This document shows, piece by piece, positions 11,729-23,990 of a stretch of 64,000 nucleotides of DNA. Numbering within the stretch: position 1 is the first letter of the stretch; the number at the start of each line of letters is the position of its first letter. The translations under genes and the position numbers were made by a program. Under the pieces are notes generated by a model. That model was not told the DNA's origin and did not search any database. It saw nothing but the letters and a program-made list of their open reading frames with translations. Source of the DNA: Podarcis erhardii (Eukaryota); the NCBI GenBank assembly GCA_964252035.1, contig OZ176203.1. One strand, written 5' to 3'.

Positions 11729-12051
11729 GAGTTGTTGTTTTCAGAGCATAAATTTCAGGAAGAAAGGTCAGCGCTCACTGGCAACAGCTACGCGGCTTCA
11801 CTCCGCCGATTGCGGAACGACCCACAGCGCCGCAGCCTCCTCCGCGATCCGGAGCCCCTTACGGGGTTCCTTCAACGTTTCGGTGGCCGCTGCTGGCGCC
11901 CGCCGGGTCCAGGACCGCAGGCTTCTGCTGCCTGCGGGTTTCCGTTTCGGGTCTCCGCTGCGCCGTAGCGGACGACCCTTTCTCGAGCGGAGCTTCCCTT
12001 CCCGTTAGGAAAGGGCAGCCATTGCCCTTCGCGCCGCCTCCGGAAGTCCTC
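11729..12051 (-). promoter_or_regulatory. CpG-rich internal promoter region of the L1
   Basis: High CpG density at the 5' end; starts GAGGACTTCCGG (ETS-like core), followed by hairpin AAGGGCA-ATGGC-TGCCCTT. Confidence 0.65.
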
Positions 12052-12251
12052 TAGCCACAGCTTACTTTAGCTACCTCAGGACAAACTAGATCTTACACTT
12101 GCAGCAAAAGTAGAAATCATATTAGTGTTTACTATAGCTACATTCAGTAAACATATTACTGTTTTCTGTTCCATAAGATGAGTAAATATAGTCCTGAACA
12201 ACAGGAAATGAAAGTAATGTGACAAAACACTACACAATTCACTTTTCATAG

Positions 12252-12343
12252 GCTCAGCAATGCAAGTTACAGTAGATCTTATTATAGAGATCCTTTCTAA
12301 AATAAGAGCTGTATGGAACCAACACCTCCAAAGACTTAAATCT
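12252..12343 (+). CDS. Candidate coding exon of an unidentified host gene
   Basis: CACTTTTCATAG| ... |GTAAGG; open frame SAMQVTVDLIIEILSKIRAVWNQHLQRLKS; phase-compatible with a candidate exon from 12484 (ILERNREIQDFSVVVTG). Protein not recognised. Confidence 0.3.
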
Positions 12344-15300
12344 GTAAGGTTATAGACAAATGAATGGGATTGTTTCGTTACTCCAGGAAAGAGGGACAGT
12401 GCCAGAAAAATATAAGGTGGCGGGGGGAGGACAAAAGAATCAAGATGCACTTCTGATGCAGTAAGCTTTCTCATACCCATTAGATTCTTGAAAGAAATAG
12501 AGAAATCCAGGACTTTAGTGTAGTTGTGACTGGACAGTAACATACCCACCCAAAAACAAAAGGCAGCAGCAAGGAGAGGAATTCATGCTCTTTGTAAATC
12601 AGGTTTAATTTCATGCCAAAAAATGTTATTTTATTCTATGTATGTATATGTCAAATGCAAATAAAATGTATGGACATTGCCGTTCTACCTACAATTACCT
12701 GGGAGTAAGGCCCATTGAGACATGCATAGGATTACTCTGCTATTCACTAGTTAAGTTGCAGCCTGCATGTATGACAAGTATATATGACAAATTATTTCAA
12801 CAAGAGACCAGATGTGCATAAGTGTGCATTGATATAAATATTGTTTTTCAAACCAATGCATGTTGCTTAAGAATCTCTACCTAATTCACAGCATACCATT
12901 TTGAAGAAGCCCAAATATCTGTAAAATGCCAAAGTCAAATATAAAAAAAGTCAATTGATAAGGTACTTATTTTAAAATGGTATTAGTTTATCGAGATTAA
13001 CAAATATACATATTCCTTTGAGGACATGCCTACAGTTCATGAAACACTGTATGTCAAACTGTAGCTAAACATTAAGAATGAAGGGTGAGGAAGCTCAACA
13101 GAGGAAGGGGGAGAAAATGAATTTGTGTTTAGAAAGTGACATTTTGAGCTGACACATTAAGATCTTTATATTACCCCAGTGCCAGTAGAAGCTCTAGAAG
13201 TGTAGAAAAGATTTTCCACATAAAATTAAGCTGTCAAGACTCCCTCTCCTCCATTTCTCTTTTTAGAGTCATGGTTCCCTTGGACAACACTGATTCTTTT
13301 CATACAAGCATAATGTTAGCTGTACATGCATATGTACATTCCCAACAGATTCAGACAGATTTAAAGGCAGAGGGGAGGAACAGAAGGGAAATCAATTAAA
13401 ATGGGAAATGGTGGATAGGATCAAAGACAGACTAAACACAAAGGGCAGTCAAACTTAAACTAATTACAATCCCTTGATTTCTGTGGAGGAGTTAAATAGA
13501 TGCTTAAGTTATTTGATCATAATCAATGGGACTAGCTGAGATCATGCCCAGAATGCTACAGAACCAGAATTGGTATACTCTGGTTATGCAGTGAAATCAC
13601 CATAAACTGTCTTGCAGTGACGGGTTATTCTAGAAAGGTAGTTCTTTCAGTGGCTTTAGCTACCCACACAGCATGGGTTAATGCCCAACAGGAATGCAAC
13701 CAACAGAATATTTTGCAGAAACAAAAAACTATGATTGAAGTAGAAGCTACAGTGGAAAGGGGTGGTCACCGAGCCCCTCACACTTTATGTGGCAATCCCA
13801 TTTTAGACACACTTCCCTCTTTCACATTTTATGCAGCAATTCCATTAAATGTGTTCAGAGGAGGCAAAGCTTTTGAGTTGTTCAAAATGACAGAGTGGGC
13901 TGCTACAGATTGCTGTAGCAGGAAACTGTGGTTTCCCATTGTGCAAATAAGCCTCAGATTTGCACATTCCCCATCTTCGCTCATGCCAAAGGAAAAGATA
14001 AGAAGCTTCTGCTGCCATTTAAAACAACAAAAACAACAAAGAACAGTTTGCTGTGGTTACTTTACACTAGGGATGTTTAACCCATGGTCCTGCAAATGTA
14101 AGGGATAGTGGGAATTGTAGTCCACCAACATGTGGGATGTCAGAGTTCACCATCCTTGGTTTACACTGTGGTTTCAGAACAATCCAAAACCTGAAATTAT
14201 GAACTGATCATAGCTTGTTTCACTAATCATAGTTGTAAACAAACCATAGTTCCCTGAATTTGGATATCACTGGGAACTATGATTAATTTCAACTCAAAAG
14301 TAGGGGCTTTTGCGTCCCTCCCTCCAAAAACAGAGGAGACCGGCAGGGATGGTTGCAGGCCTAAGGCTTGTTCAAGCTTGTTTATATAACAGGAACCATG
14401 GTTTCCCATTAGCCAATGGACTGGAAAAATAGAATACAAGATAAAGCCTGGCAATCTCCCACAGGAGATTATTGTTTTGCTCACCTTTCATTGGCTTGAG
14501 TGCTCCTCAGCTACCTTCACACGTAACGTTTATGCCACTAGCTGCACTAATTATAAGGTTAGTGCTTCTGTCCCATTTTCACAACAAAACTAAATACAAT
14601 AACAATATTTTTGCCATGGCTGCATCAATATTATACCTATGTTTCTCTCAGTAAACATGTTAGTGTGAAGGACTGGCACACACATCTTAATATGCAGCAG
14701 TAGACATTGACTGAGAAGTTGTGGTCAGTCAGGGCTCCCTAGTGTTTAGGGATACAGATAATCCTTTTTACAGTTTCACAAGTTTCCTGCAGAAAATGTC
14801 AATGTAACACCAATCTCTAGCTTCAGCAAACACAACTGCCTATTGCTGTGCAATGACTCACAGACAGTAAACAAGATAGTTATTGTTTGAACATTTGTAG
14901 AAATCAGCTTTAGAAGTTAACTGTTTTGAGAAACAGCTTAAAGGTTGTTGGATTTTTGCTTTTTTAGAATCAAGCAGGACAGAAAAATATAGAAATTCTA
15001 CTTCCATTTTATGCACATTACAAACCACCCCCTTCTATGAGCTTTAGCAAAAAATATGCAAGAAGTCAATTCCTCAAAGACTGAGAAGACATCTTCAAAC
15101 TTGCCACCACCAAAGAAATAGCTTCAATTCAAAGCTATCCATATATAATTGTCAAACCTGCATGGATCTCTTACTATTCTGCTTACTTGGACATGGCAAG
15201 AATCAGGATTGCAATTGATATTTTGATTCTTAAAGAAATAACTCACTATGCAAAGATGCATAGTGAATTTATCAAGTACTTCTGACTCCTATTCAAAAAT

Positions 15301-15559
15301 AGAACTGCCTTGGAAAATCAGCCTGCACAAGGACTTGCTCATGTGTGCTTTTCAGAGCTTGTGTTGTTTGCTCCTCTGCATTTGAAGGACATAATTGTAT
15401 TTTTTACAGCATGAACATTTTGTTCTTTCCATTTACCTCAATCTAGCATGCCTTCTCCATTTATATTATATTAGTAATGTTGCTTTCCTCCTCCACAGAT
15501 ATGCTTTTAGAAGTTGTTCTATCATCTGAAGTCAGAGAAGTAGCACCATCAGATCAGAG

Positions 15560-15845
15560 GAAGATCACCCAGTGCAGGAGACAAACCTCTGGAGGAATGT
15601 GACACAAAAAAGCAGGACTGTCAGGAGCCATACTGTGTCTTTGGAGCTACAAAGTCAATTCCATGCCCTCACCCCAGACACTGGCTAGAGGAGCAAGTAC
15701 AGTGGACGCAGACCTCAGAACACACTGAGGTGGCATTGAAATGTAGAGTGTACAGAACGATTCCTGCCCCTGCCCAGAGAAGGAAGAGACATGTGGTGGT
15801 AACAGAAGACTCCCTTATGGAGGGGGGCAGACGCAGCAGTGTGTG
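15560..15845 (+). mobile_element. Degenerate CR1 ORF1 remnant
   Basis: Pieces translate as LWRNVTQKSRTVRSHTVSLELQSQFHAL and RKRHVVVTEDSLMEG...DAAVC, resembling the CR1 ORF1 esterase entry RRVVVVGDSLLRG. Confidence 0.6.
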
Positions 15846-17699
15846 GAGGAATGACTAATAGTTTGTAAAATTGTGTAAAATTGCATAAAACCCAAAACTT
15901 CAGAACTTGACAAGGCTTTTGACATTGTCCATTGCCAGCATAATTTTTTTGCTCTGCTCTGAATTTGCCTACCCTGCAGATGCTGGTTGCAAAAAAGCTC
16001 ACATTTACTGTACATACCCTAAGGAGCTGAAGATCCATCTGAAGTAACTTGCTTTCATTAGAGGTCAGAGAGAGGAGACTGGTTCTATTGGACCACATCT
16101 GATTGGCTTGCCAGATCTGTCTGAGCATAACAGGTCAAACAGCGGAAGTGGTAAGAAGATGAGAAAAGAAAATGGTTTAGCTGCCGAATGTGACAAGGCT
16201 GGCTATGAGATAGCACTCCTCAGACTGGAACAGAGATGGTTTGTTTAGGCTGAAGGCTAGCATTCAGGGCAGCAGAGACCTGTACTGTGCTTTGAAATAA
16301 TGCCCAGAAAATTGATTAGTAATTCTGTGTACCTTGCCCAGAAAATTGTATTGTACTGTGCAAAACCTGAGTCTAGCCATCGTCTATGATACATTTACTC
16401 ATTCTTCATCTACATGCAAGCGTCGCTCTCTTCCTCCTTTTCCTTATTTGGTTTTCTCAGCAGAACAGTAAAATTAATAATGATACATGTTCTCTGTGCA
16501 ACTGTTCTTTCTACAATGTCTATTGACTAAGCAAAACTCTACAAATTTAACTTGGACGTAATTGCACTATGTCTATATTTGTGCACAAAATAATGGAAAA
16601 AGATAATAGTAGAAATATTTTAGCTGCACAGTTTTAGCAAAAGATGACATATAAGTTGCAATAGGTAAAAAGCAAATGCTTTTTTGTAAACCTGTAGAGA
16701 ACAGCAATGTTGTGATGGGGAAGGGGGGAACTCAGGGGGGGACTGAGACAAGGAGTACTAATCTCCCTTTCATACCCATACTTGTGTAACAACGTGCTTA
16801 AGACTAGGACACCAAAAGCAGCTATTATATAGCATTACAATGGCTAGGATTCTGTATACAAAATTATAGAAAGGCAACCAGAAACTTAATACCCTAGATC
16901 TTGTAAGAAAATTATAGGAGTGACTAAATATTATTTAACTCACAGTTATGTTAAAGGGAAAACGAAATTTCAGAGAAGTTTTGGTAGCTGGTGTCTCATA
17001 ACTCAATATGTAAAGAGATAAGTGAGGATCTCAATGAAAGGTGTAGATTTTATGGAATTAGTGTTTGATAGTATTTATAAATGGAATGTTTCAGTAATCA
17101 CTTGTCATGAAAGGCTTAAATGAAAAATGATGGCTAACACTTCATTATAGATTTACATAATCCATCATAATATCTTTAGTAGTCAATATATAGTATGTTA
17201 TTTTAATATATGTTAAATCTAATAACATTGCACTGTATTTATTGCAATATGCTTATGAAATAGTTTTTTCCCTTTAAAGAAGTAAGAAGCAAACAATGAG
17301 TACTAAAATGGTGCCATGAAATTCAGAAGTTTGGGAGAAGCAGCTCCAAAAATAGACAGAGTGAAGTAGTACACTTTCCTCACTACTATGAAAGGGATTA
17401 TGGACTCCACCCTCCCATAAGAGGGGACTTTCTTTAGACTGGGTGATATGAGGAATATGATAATCCCAAGATATGGTCTGAAAGCACATGAGGCTACCAC
17501 CTTCCAGAAGCTATGCAGGTATGAGGCTGGCATAGCTTCAAGAAGCTATGGACAGTCATGGCAATCATACAGGAAATCAGACAAAGGATCCAATCCAGAC
17601 AAGTGGAAGATAGAAGATGTTCCTGGGAGCACTGTGGGAACAATGATGAAGGCAGGAGCAAACATAATGTCCCCTCAGGTATATGTCAAGAGATAGCTA

Positions 17700-17846
17700 C
17701 AGTGCTTTTTTCTGGGGGGGATGCAGGGGTACACATACCCCTAAACATTTTGTGAATCTAAGTTTGGTATCACTGGGGGGGGCAGTATTTGAAAATGAGT
17801 AGGAAAATGAGAGTACCCCTAAACATTTTTAAAGAAAAAAGCACTG
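17700..17846. mobile_element. hAT-like MITE (147 bp)
   Basis: TIRs CAGTGCTTTTTT / AAAAAAGCACTG; flanks GATAGCTA / GATAGCAG (6/8 match of an 8-bp TSD); internal repeat TACCCCTAAACATTTT. Confidence 0.75.
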
Positions 17847-18000
17847 GATAGCAGAGTCTGGTATTTAATGGTGTGGATATCTTAGGAACACGACACAATA
17901 TTACGCTTGCTAAAAAACACTCCTGTTTAGACAAGCCTACCCAGATGCTTAGAAAGTTGAGGTAATTTTAAACGGTTTTAGTGTTTTAACTTTGGCATGT

Positions 18001-19658
18001 GTTGTTTTTTTTTTAATAATATTTATTAAAAGTTTCCAATTATAACAATCCAAATTTAAGATCTTATTTTCCGTAACATCTTTCCAGGACTTCCCCTCCC
18101 CTCCCCCTCTTATATTCCAATTCTTACGAATAAATTCAGCAATTTATTATCCCAAATTTTAACCTTATTATCATTAACCCAATTTAAAAATATTTTCCCA
18201 TCTCCTAAGATCGACCTATTCCCTTCCGCGCGTTCCCCCCTTTAATATACATAATAGATTAAAATATAATAAAATAAAATATGATTTTACACCCTTTGGA
18301 TTCCAAATTTCCCTCCCCCTTTTCCTGGTTGCGTTCCCCATATTAATCAACATCTGATGTCTTCCTGGAGCTCCCACATTTATTTAAACCATAGTCCTTT
18401 ACCAGTCTTCTTTAATTTTAAATGTCCAATCTTGGAAGGAGTCTATCTCAAAAAGGCCCATTTTTTCCATCCAGATTTTTATATACTTGGGAGTAAAAAC
18501 TCCAATTTTATTTCTTAAACCTTTCAAATCTGGATGTCCCAAATGTTCCCACTTCCAACTTTGTCCAATTCTTATTATTCTTGTTGTTCTTGTTAATCTC
18601 TCTCCTCTTTCTTTTCCTGTTTTCCTGCACAAATGTTCTAATTCCAAAAGCTTCTAAATTCCACTGCAGAGGCTCTGTTATTCAGGAACGAAACATGATG
18701 CCAAGTCCCTTCCATTCTTCAATAGATAAGTCTATTGTCTACTTTAGTGTGTAAACCTCTGTAGCCAAAATAGTGTTCCATTTCTGCAGTTTCCCAGGAG
18801 ATAAAAAGTTCTGTCAAATTCGATGCCAACAACTTGTAATATCCCTCGGCTCCTCTAGGTGGATTGTAGTAACTCAGTTCCCTTCCAGATCACGTCCACC
18901 AGTCAAAGTAACTTATTATTCCTTGTTTTAAACATTTTGTATCCAATTTGTAACAAATATAACTGGCAAAGTCCTCGTAACAAAGTTCTCATTTTTGTTC
19001 TTCTGCTTTGACAGCTCTTTGACAGCTGTCAAAACCTCTCCTTGTCTTCTCCCGGCGCTCTAACTAAAACGCTCCCAGGTTCCGGGGGGGGGGGGTTTGC
19101 TTTTTGATTAAATTCCACTTTTCTCCTCCAGCTCAATCTTATAGTTTTCCATCGCGAAATTTCATAACTTTATCAAAATAGGGTTGCGCTCAATCTTAGA
19201 TGTTAAGTCCTTTACTTTAGCTCCTCTACAACGGGGGGGGGGGGGGCTGACTTCCCTTTTACGCCTCTCCCGCTCGTTCCGAATTCTTTAAAAATTTCTC
19301 GCCTTTTTTAATCCAAGTTCCAATTACTCACGGGTTATGCTTTTAAGTCCAAATTTCCAATAGAAGAAGTCAGCGCTCTCCGTCGAATGGCATGCGGCTT
19401 CGCTCGGCAGGGGAAGCGGAGGACTCAAAGCACCACCCCCCCTGTCACCCATTCCGCAGCCTTTAAAAAGGCTCCTTCGCGGGTCAGGGGGGGCTCAAAA
19501 GGTGCCAGCCGAGTCACCATGTCCATGGGTTTCAGCGCCCATGGTTTTTAGGGGTCCCCGCGTCGCCGGCGCGGTAGGACCCAGCCCCTGCCGAGCAGGC
19601 TCCCTCCGGAGCTCGGAGGGAGTCCGCCATTCGGTGATGGCGCCAACCCGGAAGTCTG
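18001..19658 (-). mobile_element. Non-autonomous L1-related retroelement (1.66 kb), no intact ORF
   Basis: 13-bp TSD AACTTTGGCATGT at 17988-18000 and 19659-19671; A-tail with AATAAA (18022-18027); 5' end CAGACTTCCGG; block ~19325-19410 alignable to L1 11720-11805. Confidence 0.85.
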
Positions 19659-20791
19659 AACTTTGGCATGTTTTAAAGTATGGTTGTAATTCTTTCTTGA
19701 TGTTATTGTTTTATCTTTTTGAGGGTTTTGGTTTTTTGGTTTTACAATCAAGCAGTGCATGCACTTCATGAAAGAAAGAAATAAGAAAATTTAGATTACA
19801 AGAGAATGGCCATGAATATGGGCCAGATCATTTCTTATACTACTGAGCAACTGCATATAATCAAACCCCATACAGGTGTGACTTGTTTGTGGAACCGTTT
19901 GTAGGCCAGAGGGCAAGCGACTTCAGCATTTCTCACTTCAGAAATTAAAACACAGCAGATTATGCACCAACATTTCCTAATCTCTTGCCAACAATATTTG
20001 AAGCTGTTTTAAAAAGAGAAAAAGAAAGATTAGAGTCTTAATATGCAGTCAGGGAAAGAAAAAACTGCAGATCAAAAAAAAAAGTTTACCTTTTCATCTT
20101 AAGAATGTGTCATACCTCCCTCCCTCCCTTTTCACCCTCTCCAAGTAGTTCACAGGAGATAAATTTTCAAAGTACTGACATTAATGGGATTCATGCAGCT
20201 AAATCATTGTGCAGCACTTTGAACATTTTCCGCCTATCGCTCTCTAATGAAGGTTTAGGACCTTCAATATTTAATATTTATGGTAGTTGTTACATTGGAG
20301 GGGTGCCCTGACTCCAGTGGTGCTTTAAAAAGTGTCTCGTGGGCCAAAAGAAAAACTGTTCTATTTAGCATGTTGGGGGGGCGTGCTGTGGTGTTGCTTT
20401 TGTAAAGCTAAGTTTCTTAAACCAATGGCAAGAGGACAGAAATCTGTGGCACCTTGAACATTTCCTCATTCATATGTGTGATAACACAGGCCTGTGAAGG
20501 CACATGGCACCATAAACAAGATAAACTTTCAGGTGTTAAAATGTGTCACCATTCTCAAACACTGCTATGAATGTAGTAGAAAGGAAGGTGAAATCCTGGA
20601 GTTTGCTCTTTTAGGAAATAGGGTGTGGTCCCCCCCTATGGCTCAGAAAGTTACAAAGCAACAGGATGGATTTGAACATTCATGACGCTTAAAACATTAG
20701 CTTTTATGCTGCTGCATTGCACTGTTGACTCAAGTTAAGCTTATGGTCTTCTAAAACACCTATATCCTTTTCACATGTGCTACTGGAAAGC

Positions 20792-21050
20792 CAAGGGTTC
20801 CCCCTCTTATATTTATGCAGCTGGTTCTTCCTACCTAAGCGTAGAACCTTATCCCTATTGATATTCATTTGGTTAGTTTTCCAGTTCTACAATCTGTTAA
20901 GGTCATCTTGAATCCTGATATTGGCCACCTGTCCCAGTTTTGTGTCATCTGCAAATTTGATGAGCATCCCCTCAATACCTTCATCCAAGTTGTTTATAAA
21001 GATGTTGAACAACAATAGGCCAAGGCAGAACCCTGTGGCACCCGACTTGT
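20792..21050 (-). mobile_element. CR1 LINE reverse transcriptase fragment
   Basis: Minus strand reads GCHRVLP/GVPQGS-like start, then LFNIFINNLDEGIEGMLIKFADDTKLG..., the CR1 RT core. Confidence 0.85.
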
Positions 21051-22244
21051 CACTTTTTCAGATCATTGTCACCATTCTGCATGGATGCACCTTTGCTACC
21101 CATTCAGAAGGAACAGGTAATCAGGTCGGGGCATTTCAACATGGTACAAGTAGTATGTGGACTGGTAGCTCAGCTGCTTTCACTGTGTTTGGGTTTGGGG
21201 ACATATATATTTGGACCTATGTCCAGAATGCACAAGTTGTTGTTTTTTAATTGCTACTCTTATATTATGGATATTTTGAATTTTCATTGTCGCTGATATC
21301 TTGGAAACAGTGTAAAGCAGCAGCCACACAATGAATGGGAAGAATTCAGTTACAAAGTCTTCTTGTTGGGCTATACAGCAGCATCTAATCAGAAGGGAGA
21401 TGAAAAATGCATGGCTTGCTTTGCAAACTCGTCATACTGTATTCCACTGCCCTATGACTTCGTAGCGGATTGATCATAGCACTCCTTTTTACACTTGCCA
21501 TTCTTACTGCCTCTTTGAAGACACCCGAACCTGATACACCCTGCACTTTTAAAAAAGACAATAAGATGTAGTCAGCGGTCTTGTTTTCAGGACCCTGTCT
21601 TTTCTTTAAAAAAAAACAAACCCAAAAAATCTCACTCCATAATACCATCTCCATCCGATTCTCTATTTTAAGCTGCATTCTTTGCTTTCTATACTACCTG
21701 AAGATGAGAAATAGAGCTGATTTTAAGAAACCAGTTAGTGGTGCCTTAGGAACTGGGAGCACTGGTTGACAATGAAGAATATAACCAATTGATAGGTGTC
21801 CTGCATTACTACAATTATAATGTCTAGTTTTTGTCTATCACATTTGTCTATATATTGAAAATAAAACCAGTTTAGAGAGGTGACAGCAGCTGCTAAAAAA
21901 GGGCCTGCATGGTAGAAGATACCGGTAATATGATAACCATTTTTTTAAACTATTATAAAAGGGCAGGAGAAGATTACATCAGACTGTCAGTTTGATATGC
22001 ATGCATAGCAAAGTTTAAATCTCAATTGCTTTCTTCCCTTACCATGTATTGCTGTTTGAATTTTATGCACATCATCCTGAATTCCATGTTTAGATGAAGG
22101 TGTGGTATATAAATTTTCAAAATAAATGTGTGTTCCTTGCCATATAATGTATACTCTTTCTCATATAATAATACAATTTAATAAAAGGACAATTTTTATA
22201 GTAACTATATAAATGAATAAAGAAATAAGGTATGATGACTAGCA

Positions 22245-22774
22245 ATACAATACAAATACCTTTATTGGCATTAGAAGTTAAGACATTTCAAATCACTGGG
22301 ATAGATTGAAAAGGGACAGGAGTGAGGATGTCACACTCGATTGTTCTGCTTCACCCTGTCTATTCCCTAGAGGGATGATTCATTAAGAACCCTTTCAGGT
22401 AAGATGGAGATTAAAAAGGAAGCCACTGAGGCAGTGATGTCCTTGTCCCTGTCCACTAGGAGGAACCTCATTTGGCTTTCTCTCGGAGCCGTGGATCGCA
22501 GGTCCAACATCTTGCTCAGCATCTGTTTGTAGAGTTTGCTGTGCAAAGGGCAGTCCAAAATAATATGGTCCAGCGAGTCCAGTACTCCGTGATTGCAGGC
22601 ACACAGGCAGGCTTGATAAGATATTTGCGAGTGTCTACTTGTGGTCACTGCAGAGGGGGAAGCATTTAGAATGACCAGCAATGATTGCTGTCTTGTTACA
22701 TAAAAACTAGTTTTTCTAGAAATCTGCATCAGCCCAAATACGGATCCTTCGAAGCATTGTGGGGGGAAGGGCAC
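22245..22774 (-). mobile_element. 3' end of a non-LTR retrotransposon ORF2 (C-terminal zinc knuckle; Rex-Babar/L2-like, clade uncertain)
   Basis: CLCACNHGVLDSLDHIILDCPLH...FLLVDRDKDITASVASFL, then AATAAA and a (TATTG)-type tail. Confidence 0.6.
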
Positions 22775-23639
22775 ACACAGAGAGAAAGTACCAATTGTAT
22801 ATATTTTGTATTATAAAATGATTGCTTTTTCTTCTTTTGATAGTGAGGACCAGAATGGGCGAATGAATTAGCATTCATTCTTCTGTAATGTGCTCTTCAG
22901 ATCATTTATACCATCATTTAAAAAAACACCCGACCATCTAATGTATTTTCTTCTTGCTTTGGTCCTGCTTGTAGAGAGACAAATTTTAGGTTCAAACTTG
23001 CCCCCAAAATTACCAAAAAAAAAAAAAAAATGTCAGCTGAAAGGATAAACTAATGCATATAATTTTGTGAATATATGATATGATATCTTATATTCTAATG
23101 CATCAGTTTAAAATGCTGATTCTGTCTCCATTTTTCTTTCATCTTCTAAGAAGGATACCAAACTTGGGGACATTTTGTTTGAGCATGTAAAATGGAGATT
23201 TCTGCTTTACATAGTCTTCATTTCTTGTTACGGAAGGAGAGAATGGGGACACTGTTGCTATGCCTCTCATAGTCCTTGATCACATCCCCATGGTAACTAC
23301 GAAGGACTAGTCACATCTCACAGAAGCATTAGGCAGATGTGCAACTTTTCTAGCTCCAGGTCTTGTTGACTTATATTGTCAGTCACACAAAAAATGTTGC
23401 TAGAACATCAGCCTAAAAAAGGATATTCAGGATCTACTCGTACCTAGAGTGCTATATTTTTCTAACAAGCATTTAGAAAATACGGTACTTTGTTTCCTTA
23501 AGCTTAGGATTGGCAAGTCTTTAGAAGACAGATTTAAGTCAATATCTAATCAAGATTTGTATTAAATATTAGGGCACAATGTCTCTATCGCTATATTTTG
23601 TGCAAATCCCACTTTTTCTTGGCACCATTTTAGTAGTGG

Positions 23640-23990
23640 GTCTGTTTTATTTATTCATTCATTTATTGAATTTGTTAGATGCTTTATCTTGCCCGGGACA
23701 ACCCAAAGTGACTTACAACCAAATAGATGGGGGAAACCCCCACATAGATACATTAAAAGCAAGAGGAAAAAGAATTACAATTTTAAAATCCTACCCACTT
23801 CTAAAAGTCCAGAGGCCTGATTATAGAGGGAAGTTTTTGTTGGATGCTTAAAGGTATATAATGGTGGCACCAGGTGTGCCTCCCTGGGGAGAGCATTCCA
23901 CAAATGGGGAGCCACCACAGAAAAGGTCTGAACTTAAGATGCCACCCTCTGGACTTCTTATGGGTGATCACAGGGTCCAGGTCAGTTTAA
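23640..23990 (-). mobile_element. L2 LINE 3' fragment
   Basis: Reverse complement contains CCTTTTCTGTGGTGGCTCCCCATTTGTGGAATGCTCTCCC, resembling the L2 copy at 50820-51170; TTTA-type tail. Confidence 0.65.

Larger units (their letters stand above)
5914..12051 (-). mobile_element. Full-length L1-clade LINE (~6.1 kb): CpG-rich 5'UTR, ORF1, ORF2, 3'UTR, A-rich tail
   Basis: 18-bp TSD TAGCCACAGCTTACTTTA at 5896-5913 and 12052-12069; AATAAA at 5937-5942 (minus) next to the A/TA tail; two intact ORFs 15 nt apart. Confidence 0.97.

Noticed and set aside
11703-12008. Antisense ORFs in the L1 5'UTR (ORF0 analogue)
   Set aside because: Non-ATG starts in GC-rich sequence where stops are rare; no supporting signal.
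12076-12549. 157-aa minus-strand ORF
   Set aside because: No recognisable motif or splice support.
13617-14108. 163-aa ORF
   Set aside because: GTG start, no motif, no convincing splice context.
17280-17699. Possible decayed coding exon
   Set aside because: About six stops in ~140 codons, close to random expectation; no protein recognised.
18399-18760. ORF1/ORF2 remnants inside the 1.66-kb element (GIMFRS..IRT; KEDW)
   Set aside because: Similarity to L1 proteins is too weak to separate from chance by eye; needs a profile search.
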